A stretch of DNA of 20,000 nt from Coniocarpon cinnabarinum (lineage: Eukaryota), in assembly GCA_051942205.1 (NCBI GenBank), contig JAVECO010000128.1, positions 47,750 to 67,749 on the forward strand, read 5' to 3'. A program made the position numbers and the translations under genes. This document shows, in pieces, positions 1-9,883 of the stretch; within the stretch, counting starts at the first letter, position 1, and each line of letters opens with the position of its first letter. The notes beneath the pieces were generated by a model. It had not been told where the DNA came from. It worked only from the letters and a program-made list of their open reading frames with translations, and did no database searches.

Positions 1-1239
1 CTGTTCTTTGCGAAGGGGGTGGGAATGTTCATCGCAGGCCAGTTCCTGAGCGGTGTTCCTCTTGGAGTGTTTCAAACACTTCCCGTCAATTACGCCCAAG
101 ACATTCTGCCGGACTCGCTGAAGCCATTCCTCACAACTTACGTCAACTTTTGCTGGGCTCTCGGAGGTTTGCTCGGTAGTGCCGTGCAACGCGCCACTAT
201 GCATATACCTGGTGACTGGTCCTGGCGGCTACCGATAGCTCTACAGTGGATATGGCCAGTTCCACTTGTCCTGGGAATCGTACTGGCACCGGAGAGTCCT
301 GTGTGGCTCGTACGTTCCGAGAAAGAGGACGAAGCTATGCACAGCCTTCATCGCCTCACTCCCAAGCCTGACGAAACATACGAGGTCATCGCTCGTACGA
401 ATGCGCACGAAAAGGAATTAACGGCCGGTGTTCAATATCGTGATTGCTTCCGTGGCATCAACATGCGCCGCACAGAGACTACCTGCATGGCCTGGGCGAA
501 TCAGATGGTTTGCGGGTCAACGCTGATGTACTTCGCCACAAGTTTCTTCCAGGAAGCCGGTATTAGCTCCGATACAGCGTATACACTGACCCCCGTGCTG
601 TATGCCGTGGGCTGTGTTGGCACCTTTGTCAGCTGGTTCTTGATTGCATGTCTCAAAAGGCGAACGCTGTACCTGGCTGGAAACTTTCTCATGGCTGTCA
701 TCCTGTTCGGCATGGGCATCGCCGGCGTGTTCCCTGGCATTCTAGCAGCAAATTGGGCTGCTGCAGTCTCGTTGATCGCCTTTACGCTTGTGTACGACTG
801 CACAATTGGACCCGTGTGTTACTGTCTGGTCGGCGAGTTACCTTCTTCACGCTTGAAACAAAAAACCGTCCCTATCGCTCGATGCGTGTATCTCCTGCTT
901 TCAATCATCTTGAATTTCCTTATCCCACCCATGCTAGGCAGGGAGGAAGGTGAATGGTGAGTTTTCCGACCGTGACCTCCAGGTGTCGCGCGCCTATGCT
1001 CGTCAAGAGGAGCATGTGGTTCACTGTTCTTACCCGACGTTGTGTCGGAACGTTGACCAAAGAAGACAAATGGACATGCTGACAGTGAGAATAGGGGTTG
1101 GGGGGCCAAAACTGGCTTCTTTTTCGGTGGTGGATGTCTCTTGTCTCTGTTGTGGACCTACGCTCGACTACCCGAAACCAAACACCGAACGGTAGAAGAA
1201 ATCGACTTCATCTTTGAGCGCTTGCATGGAACACAATGA
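1..1239 (+). CDS. MFS sugar porter, alpha-glucoside/maltose permease-like; 5'-partial; exons <1..956 and 1095..1239
   Basis: Frame is open from base 1 (LFFAKGVGMFIAGQFLSGVPLGVFQT). Sugar-porter motifs present: WSWRLPIALQWIWP, PESPVWLVR, RRTETTC, GELPSSRLKQKT. Intron 957..1094 (GTGAGT...GCTGAC...TAG) restores WGWGAKTGFFF...LPETKHRTVEEIDFIFE, stop TGA 1237-1239. Confidence 0.92.
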
Positions 1240-1943
1240 CCCGAGCATGCGGATGCACCGATAAGTCGAAGGCGGGGACCGTGTCGACCACTGCAAAGAA
1301 CAACACCTAATATCTAAGACTCTGCGAACCTCAATGCGAGAACATAAGCAAGCGAAGTGATTTGACGTCGGCCAGTACCGGTTAGCGAAGATTCCTTAGG
1401 TGGACAAGAGGAGCAGCGCAATGGTTCATACTGTCGGCATACATGTACGGTTTGCCTGTACTCCCACCTCGTCTCTGCGGCAATGCTCTGTCTGCTGCAC
1501 ACTGTCGTCGGACTGTCCTGCACGTGATGTCATTGTTCAGGAAATGCGGGTGTCCGGCTCGGCAGGGCTACAAGTGCCGAGTCTGGGCGTCAGAAAAGGC
1601 GTGGTGGCGTGCGAGGCTGAAGGTTCCCGTCATCAGTGTGCAGATTGCCCCTCGCGCCTGCCACATAATGCTCCTGTTCCTGCATCGCCCCACTATTTGA
1701 GCCTGAGAGCCCCTTTGTCTCTCCGCTGTGAGGTATCATCACGGAACAACACCCTCTCCAGTGCCATTATCATCGGTACTTGCGTTCCTCTTGGTTGCCG
1801 ACCCATCACCATGGCAGCCTTCAAGAACTTCACGCTTGGACATGGCTGCCTCAGCTGCACTTGTTTTCGACTATCGAAGAGACTTGAAGAAGCTTGAATT
1901 GTCATTTCACTACGGGTCTCGCGCGCTGCAACGGGTCTGAAAA

Positions 1944-3396
1944 ATGGCGACCAGAACTGCGCATGGCCCACCATTTCGAGCAGAACACCTAGGGTCATTG
2001 CTCCGACCTCATGACCTGCTCGCAAAGCGAGAAGACGTCGACAATGGCAAGGCTGCTCAGAAAGACTTGACACCATTTGAAGACAAGTCTATTAAAGAAG
2101 TCGTACGACAGCAGTTGGACATTGGATTCCATGGTATCACGGATGGGGAGTATCGGTAAGTTGAGCTAAGGTGTGCTTATCTGGTTAGTGAGCGTCTGGA
2201 GCTAATTGTCCCTCAAGTCGCCACATGTTTTGGGGTAAGCAAGCTTGACGGCAGGATCAAGCTTGTAGACTGAACTTGCCTAGGCACATTCTTCCCCAAC
2301 CTCCACGGCATGAAGGAGATATTCAACCCACCTTTGGATATATTTCGAACGTACATGCCAGACATTGCTGCCTTCGTTGAGGACAAAGCGAAGCCCGGGG
2401 AGTCAGTAATTTGTACAGGGAAAATCTCCCACACGGGAACGTCCGCCAATCTGCCGCAATTTGAGTACATGAAAACGATTCTCCCGAAGGAACAGTGGGG
2501 TGACGTGAAGATGACGCTTCCAGCGCCAGAGTGGTAAGCCCGGACACCTTTGAAATGACTTCGGCTGGGGTGCAACCTCTAAAACAAAGGTCTTAGGTAC
2601 CACATGAGGTATCGTGAAGGCCAAGCCTACTCCAAAGATGCCTACAACAATGACGCAGACTACTTTCATGACATTGCAGTCGCCTATCAGCAGGAACTCG
2701 GTATTCTTTACCAGGCTGGGTTGAGGAACGTCCAGATTGATGATCCAAATTTTGCGTGTGAGCAACAAATGCGCTAGCAACACCACCTATGCCGTTCTCG
2801 CTGCTGATGAGAGTTCACTTTCAGACTTCTGTTCGCAGCAGCTTCTCGACGGGTGGAAAGAGGATAAAGCCAACAAGTACACGACTGACGAGCTTTTGGA
2901 TACTTACATCAATTTTTACAACGAATGCGTTTCCAAAGCTCCTAAAGATATGCACATTGGAGTACACATCTGTCGTGGTAACTTCGTCAACTCGCGACAT
3001 TTTTCAGAGGGCGGCTACGACGCCATCGCCCAGAAGCTTTTCAAGGAACTCAACGTCTCCACGTTTTACCTCGAATATGACACGGCACGCGCCGGCACAT
3101 TCACGCCGCTCGTTCATCTTCCTGCCAACAAGAAGGCCATTCTTGGTGTGATCACCAGCAAGTTCCCACAATTGGAGGATAAGGCAAAGATGGTTGACCG
3201 CGTGCGCGAAGGGGCCAAGTATGTTGCCCAAGGGACTGGCAAGAGCGAAGCAGAAGCGGTAAAGCAGCTAGGGGTTAGTCCACAGTGTGGCTTCGCCAGC
3301 CATTCCGGAGGAAATTTGCTAGGCTATGACGATATGCTTAAAAAGCTGCAATTGGTTCGAGCTATTGCGGATGAGGTCTGGCCCAATGAGGCCTGA
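1944..3396 (+). CDS. Cobalamin-independent methionine synthase-like protein (single Meth_synt_2/UROD-MetE barrel, YxjH-like), 403 aa; exons 1944..2155, 2218..2234, 2284..2533, 2597..2757, 2825..3396
   Basis: Motifs FRAEHLGSLLRP, ITDGEYRRHMFW, VQIDDPNFAYF, HICRGN (HxC Zn ligands), FYLEYD, LGVITSK, SPQCGFAS. Four GT-AG introns (62, 49, 63, 67 nt) join to 1212 nt in frame. Confidence 0.92.
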
Positions 3397-3842
3397 AGGC
3401 GTCACGGAATCTTCTACTAAGCAATGGGATGAGAGATTGCTCTACGGTTAAGGGCGCCACAGTCGGCTTTTGCAACGGCGTGAATCCTCCTCCTGCAATG
3501 ATGGGCTGTGCGCATCTATGTACGGTGTGTGACTGTCTCGTCCTGTGAGAACCAAGACGCCATCTAAGGGCTGGCTGAGGCCGGTGCGTAGAAGTCACGG
3601 GGCTTGAGTGAAGTATTGGTATTCCATAAACGCCAGAGTGACATAGCTACACAGTATGATCGTTCCAGTAGCGAGAAATCAGGAGCAGTTTCAAATATTC
3701 GAGTGACGTGAAGCGTTCAAGAAGATTTTCCGCATAGGGTAGTACCTGATGGCAATCTGTGCGTCTTAGGAACTATTATCATCGCACGATTGGCCGAAGA
3801 CAATGATTGATACCACTCAAGCGCGTCAGAACAGTATATTTG

Positions 3843-3855
3843 TGCTGACTCAGCA
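3843..3855. promoter_or_regulatory. TGCTGACTCAGCA pseudo-palindrome containing a Gcn4/CpcA (AP-1) site TGACTCA
   Basis: Exact 13-bp motif about 600 bp upstream of the BCS1-like ATG. Function is inferred only from the consensus match. Confidence 0.35.
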
Positions 3856-4449
3856 TCTGTCGTTCTCAAAGCAGCATCAGACTCCGCCTTGGTGGGGGCC
3901 TACGGGAAGGTCTAGCTCATGGCCCAAGAGGCCACCTTGAATACCCACTCGCCCCAAAGTTTTCAGGCTACGTCGCATGCCGCAGAATCAGTAGGTGAAC
4001 AAGTGGCGCAAACAAACACTGAGCAGCAACGATGCTACCTCAGTCGAGTTACAGATGATCGTTGGACTTGTCGCTACGTTCCTCGTGGATTTTCAATAAC
4101 TTCATCATTGATCAATCGTTGCAGCCCCCGTCCTACGACAAGCCTTTATTATAAACATCAAGTCGTCATTGCCGACGGTCCCGAAATACGTCTCGTATGG
4201 GACTTCACACGTGTTCATGTTCTGTTCATAAAGAGACCCAGCATTCCGTTTCGTAATACACTCTCGTTCTCTTAAGCCCTTCATTCTCTCACCTACGCTG
4301 ACCGCTCTTTCATTTGCTTATGATCATTGCTCATCGACATTCATTGAAGGTCGTTTGCTTCATATATCGTCGTAACGACTCCACAGTTACGAAGCTGCTC
4401 AACAGCGCCCTTCTTTCGTATGACATATTAAACACCACAATCATCAAAC

Positions 4450-6450
4450 ATGAGCTCCAGCTTTCTCGTGGCTAATGCCACGCAGCCAGAACAGTTGCCT
4501 CCTAATATGTTGGACGGCATATTTCCCGGCTTCAGCATCTTTCGCAACATCATACTTTCCAGCCTTGGCCTCGACATTGGCCTCGTTGTCACCTTGGCAG
4601 CTCTCATTGTTGGGCTCGGTAAAGCAGCCAGTCTTGTTTGGAGCTGGCTCTATCTCAACGTCATTTCTTACTTCCTGACGACAGTCATCGTCAACGACAA
4701 TGACGATCTTTTCGAATCGTTTAAGACTTGGGCATCAGATGGTGTCATTTCCCAACGTTCACGCACCACTGTTGCTGTCACACCGTGGCAGAATCTGCTC
4801 TTGTCATATGACTACTCAACCTCTCAGCACGCTTCATCGCCGAACAAAGTATCGAACGACTCAGAGCGACTCTTCAATTTTCAAGAAGCTCAAGCAAACT
4901 CGCGCCTTCGGAACGAACTGCACTTCGATGCCACCTGGTTCTTCTTTCGCGGTCGCGTCTTCTTCGTTCAACGTGAGTCTCGCGAGCGTCCCGGCTCAAT
5001 TAGTGCCAGCCGTCGTGAGGAGAAGCAACGTTTCGTCATCACTTCTATTGGTCGCTCACGGAAGCCGCTCATGAACCTGCTCGAACACGTTCGAAAAGAG
5101 AATGCGCATGCTGAGCAGGATGTCACAAAGGTCGTTCGGCCAGAGAATCGCTTCGGGGAGGGCGAATGGACGACTGCCACAACACGCACGATACGAAGCC
5201 TTCAAAGCGTCATCATGGAACATGAGCAGAAAGCTCTCGTCACACGTGATCTGAACACTTTCATCTGGCCAGAGTCAGCTCAATGGTACGCTTCGCGTGG
5301 CATTCCTTACCGCCGCGGCTACCTCTTCTCTGGCCCGCCAGGTACGGGCAAGACTTCACTTGCCTTCGCGCTGTCAGGTCTGTTCGGGCTGAAGCTGCAT
5401 GTCTTGTCTCTCACCGACAAGACAATCACCGATTCCAGCTTGTTGACACTATTTTGCAATCTGCCAGACCGCTGCATAGTCCTTCTTGAAGACGTGGATG
5501 CTGCAGGCCTTGGTCGTGATAATGTGGTCACTGGCCAAGACGAGTCAGACGAGGGAGGCGCTGCGGACGATGATGACGAAGTGATAGGTTTCATGACTCC
5601 TGAAAAGGAGCCCTCGAAGTCGAAGGTCAGTCTTTCGGGGCTACTGAATGCCATTGATGGTGTTGCGACCCATGAGGGACGTGTCATCATTATGACATCC
5701 AACTGTCCTGAAGAGCTTGACCCGGCCCTTATTCGTCCTGGGCGGATTGACGAACACATTCGCTTCAATCTTGCGACGCACGACCAAATATCAGAACTCT
5801 TCTTGGCAATGTATTCGTCTAATCCGCAGCACGCAACCGACTCACAGACGCTGGGGACTGCGATCGTTGACATCAAGAACGCCGGCTCGCGTGTTTCCGA
5901 TGTTCCCGGATACAGCATGGATGAGCTCCGTGAAATGAGCGTAGTGTTCGCTCACGCGATCCCAGAGAGCTACTTCTCTCCGGCGGAGATTCAGAACTTC
6001 CTGCTGCCCCAAGACCGTCGTTGCGATCCGCGCGCCGCCCTGGAACAAATTGAATTCTGGGTATGGAAGACGAAGAGCGAGAAAGAGAACAAAACTGAAG
6101 ACGGTAAGAAGCCGCAATCGGACAAGGAAGACAAAGGCATGCAGACGAAGGACATTGAGAACGTCTCAGCGAGCAAAGCAAGCTTGGCCGATCTTTGCGA
6201 CGGCGATTCTGGCGTCAAGACCCCAGAGACGGATGACACCGCCGTTGAGGAAGTCGACGCCTCTGGGGAAGTGAAGAAGATTGTACCCGAAGACACCAAA
6301 ATTCAGGAAATCGACGAACGCGCGATGGTGGACAAGGTAGAACCCGAATTCGCAGCTGGGAAAATCAGTCTTGACTCGGTCGAGAATGGCGACGCGTGGA
6401 GTCGTCCACTCAGTCGCCACAATGGTGTCGCGGCTGCTGCAGCACACTGA
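4450..6450 (+). CDS. BCS1-like AAA ATPase (N-terminal TM + BCS1_N + AAA domain), 666 aa, single exon
   Basis: WYASRGIPYRRGYLFSGPPGTGKTS (Walker A), IVLLEDVD (Walker B), SLSGLLNAIDG, MTSNCPEELDPALIRPGRID (SRH), FSPAEIQNFL. Hydrophobic N-terminal segment; start context TCAAACATG. Confidence 0.95.
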   Translation: MSSSFLVANATQPEQLPPNMLDGIFPGFSIFRNIILSSLGLDIGLVVTLAALIVGLGKAASLVWSWLYLNVISYFLTTVIVNDNDDLFESFKTWASDGVISQRSRTTVAVTPWQNLLLSYDYSTSQHASSPNKVSNDSERLFNFQEAQANSRLRNELHFDATWFFFRGRVFFVQRESRERPGSISASRREEKQRFVITSIGRSRKPLMNLLEHVRKENAHAEQDVTKVVRPENRFGEGEWTTATTRTIRSLQSVIMEHEQKALVTRDLNTFIWPESAQWYASRGIPYRRGYLFSGPPGTGKTSLAFALSGLFGLKLHVLSLTDKTITDSSLLTLFCNLPDRCIVLLEDVDAAGLGRDNVVTGQDESDEGGAADDDDEVIGFMTPEKEPSKSKVSLSGLLNAIDGVATHEGRVIIMTSNCPEELDPALIRPGRIDEHIRFNLATHDQISELFLAMYSSNPQHATDSQTLGTAIVDIKNAGSRVSDVPGYSMDELREMSVVFAHAIPESYFSPAEIQNFLLPQDRRCDPRAALEQIEFWVWKTKSEKENKTEDGKKPQSDKEDKGMQTKDIENVSASKASLADLCDGDSGVKTPETDDTAVEEVDASGEVKKIVPEDTKIQEIDERAMVDKVEPEFAAGKISLDSVENGDAWSRPLSRHNGVAAAAAH

Positions 6451-7404
6451 GCAGCAGTATACACGCCCAAGATAGCGCGCGGCTCATTCTAAAGGTTGGG
6501 GAAGAGCAATGAGGTGGGTGTGGCAAGCAGCAAATTGCGAGGTGTTCTAGGCGCCCGCAGGCGCCTTCACAATGTGTATAGGAGCGACTAGCTCATTAAA
6601 TTCACGTGTTGGTCGCATTTCAGTGCTGTCTCATCGATCCTCTTGAATTTTGGTCTTGAACTCGCTCTCTACTTCTGACCGAGCTCTCCGCGGGCACTCG
6701 TCGGCTGTACCCGAGGTGGTCCTTTCGCATGCAACGTGCGGCTTGCAGCAAGCAGGGACAGCGGCAGCAGCAATAACACGTCCACAGTGGACACTCCCAA
6801 CTCCCGTCCTCAGCGGCACTGGGGCGGTTACAGCACGGCACGTGACGGTAGCATTATCGAGCATGCCTTGCACCCCTGACTACGAGGCGTGCGGGTGATT
6901 GGCTAGCGAACGAAGGGAACGGGGTGCTAGCGCGGGCGCTAGATTGGCACGTGCCGCAACACGGCGCCGCGGTCTCCTTCCTCTTCTCAATTTCACCTCG
7001 ACGGGGGACCATCCCTTCGAGTCCTCCAGCTGCTTCTGCTCTTGTGTCCTTTCCCTTGTCGTCGCCTTCACGTTCTTTACGCACGCTCTTTAGCATCATC
7101 CCAGTCGTTCATTAATCGCTGGCTCACGCCTGTACAGCGCCGCCCCTGGCGCACATCTGAGGCTCATCTCCACCACCAGCTCCGTCAGTCTGCCAGGTGC
7201 TGTGCCGCGCTGGCTCATACAACACATGTTAACTGTCGACGTGTATTGGATTGCATTCGGTCATAGTCGCCATTCTCACGCCTGAGGACCTCGAATCTCG
7301 CAACGGGGAGCATGCGGACGCGTGGTTGCAGCACCGGGTTCTAGAGAGAGAGAGGGGTTTCGAACGTCTGCAAAGGGACAGGGATCTGCTGTCCATCTCG
7401 AACC

Positions 7405-9883
7405 ATGGCCGCGGCTCTACATCATGTTTCCATGCTGCCCACCATCAAGTGCTCCAACTGCGGGTCTGAGATAGAGATTTCCATGGTGGGCGAGCATTCC
7501 TGTAGGTTTCCATTTCCATGAACATTGCTAGCGCATCGTGAAAAGATACATATGGCTTACCCTTGCTACAGGTACCGACAAACAGCCAAGCACCGTCTCT
7601 ATCGAGCAGGTCCCTGCTTTAACACCTTTCGCGCCGCCCAAGCATTCCTCACCTCTTTACCAAGTCGAGTTTCAAGATGATGACGATGTACGCTCGCGAT
7701 CACCCTCACCAATCTTGAGCAACACGCTTCGGACGCAACCGCAGAAGCCAGCCAGCATTGATACCAGTGCAGCTTGTAGGTGGCAAGGATATCATCACAG
7801 GTTTTTCTTGGCGCTAAACAGATAATCAGACGATGTTCACGACTATGCCGAGCCCCCAACGCCAGCGGAGAGTCTGATTGTACCTGACATAACGCCAACT
7901 TCCTCAAACTCAGAAGACCGATCGCCTTCATTACTGGAGCCTCCCCAGAGCAGCACAACACCGCAGTTCCCAACTCCTATCACCGAGCCACAGACCGCTT
8001 CACAATCGCGCCCGTCTTCTCCTGATCTGTTCGGTAGACCTCAACCAAAATTACAGCAACCGACCTTCCCGACAACCTTAAGTCAACAGCGCCCCCGCAG
8101 TCCGTTGAGCCAATTTTCGTACGTTGCAGACCCCGGACCACAAGCCAACCCTGGTGCTCCGCCTCCTTTGCGTGTGAGCATACCTCCTCACGGTCGACAA
8201 GCAAGCGGTAGTAGCCTGAGCGCTGCTCCTCATGAACGGCATCGGAAGAGTCCAAGCCTCGAGAAGCAGAAGCGCCAATCTGGCGGTTCCGCAGAAGAGA
8301 AGAAGATTCTGGGCCTGTTTCGTCGGAAAAGCTCGAAGAGCGTATCCAAGAAGAATGTCTCCTCACCAATCGTTGGACCCAACGATCGGGTGCCTGAGAT
8401 TCCTTGCTTACCTATCGGATCTCATCCTAACAATCTATCGATGGCATCTGCTTCGATTGGCACCAGTGTCGTTCCAGGTAGCCGTGCATTGCCTACAGGA
8501 CCTGCGCCACCACGACCAGCGCGGCCTGAAAGTCTTGACGATGTGACAGATCCGACCCATGCTGTATCTGCTGCAGCACTCACACCAGCAGGAGACTCTG
8601 CAAGAAGACCGCCGGTTGCACCAGCATTGCCACCGCCACCACAACCCACCTTGCCAAACCTCCCTGAAGCTCCTCGAGGCCGCTCCTTTGAAATGCAGAG
8701 ACAGCAGCGAAACTCTGACGCATCTGTGTACGGAGAGCTCAATGCTTCGCCTGAGCGACCTTTACAGAACCCTGCTGGACTCCCGCAAATCAGTGAGGAA
8801 GATGACACGCCGGCCTCAGCGCCGGATGCCAGTCGGCCACCCTCAGCTTGGCCTGGGGATCGACTGCGCGCCTCGAGCGGCTCTCGACATACGGCCTCCG
8901 AATCCACCTCGTCCAATGGATCTCGCTTCGGGTTTGATGACCGCTCGACCAGTTCTGTCTCGAGCCCGCCCACATCGAGTGCATCTAGCTTTCAATCCAA
9001 GGATCTCTCAGACGAGCCTCGTACAATTACAAGCTTCTCGTCGGAGCCCTCAACAGTCTCTCCCCGGATAGGCACTTCACCACGAACAGCCAATTTTAGT
9101 AGACCACGGGCTCCTACCGTCAACACGTCTCCAGATCCTGCAGGGCCTTTACCAAGCCCTGGATTTAGGGGTTTCTCTACTTCCGTAGACTCACCAAGTG
9201 AGCCCGCAACACCAAATGAGAGGTCTTTCGAATCGGTGGAGCAAACTAACCCTGCACAACTTGCACCACCGCGTGCGCATCTACAGGCGCCCACGTTACA
9301 GCCAGTGAGCTACCAGCGTGGACCTGCGCCTCCGAAACCTACTTCTCAGCCTTTCGTACGACCCCCTCTGCCTCCCATGCCGGAAGAACCAAGACAGGAA
9401 CCCTCAAGACGGCCGAATCTAAGCCGCAGCAAGTCTACAGCGTCGAAGGGTCAATGCCGGGGTTGCAACCAAGACATCACTGGGAAGTCGGTAAAGGCTG
9501 CCGATGGACGCTTGACTGGCCGTTGGCACAAAGAGTGTTTCTCGTGCAAGACATGCAAATCACCTTTCCTGACGGCGGACTTCTACGTACTGCGTGATGA
9601 ACCCTACTGCAGCCACCACTACCACATGCTGAACAATTCTCTCTGCCGATCTTGCCACACAGGCATCGAAGGGCGATATTTTGAGATTGATGGCCGGCGC
9701 CGCTTCCACACTGGCTGCTTTGCGTGCGCCGACTGCAGGCGGCCTCTAGCCGGCGACTACTTCGAGATGGCGAACCGCTTCTACTGTGAAGTAGATGCCC
9801 AGCGGTTTCACCAACGAACACATCACTTGAATCCCGGACGCAGATTTCCGGAGCGCCGGACGACAAAGCTGATGGAAATGTGA
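7405..9883 (+). CDS. Paxillin/Pxl1-like LIM-domain protein, 784 aa; exons 7405..7501, 7572..7775, 7830..9883
   Basis: Two C-terminal LIM domains (CRGC...WHKECFSCKTC...YCSHHY; CRSC...FHTGCFACADC...YCEVD) after a long Pro/Ser-rich region, ending PERRTTKLM. N-terminal LPTIKCSNCGSEIEISMVGEHSC exon; two GTAGGT...CAG introns join to 2355 nt in frame. Confidence 0.88.

Noticed and set aside
957..1094. Internal CGTGAC...CCAG|GTGTCG in the transporter intron, suggesting a twin or recursive intron
   Set aside because: The first unit would be only 26 nt and the second donor is weak; one 138-nt intron explains the frame.
1..6450. Transporter + MetE-like enzyme + ATPase as a metabolic gene cluster
   Set aside because: No backbone enzyme, regulator or shared pathway logic is visible.
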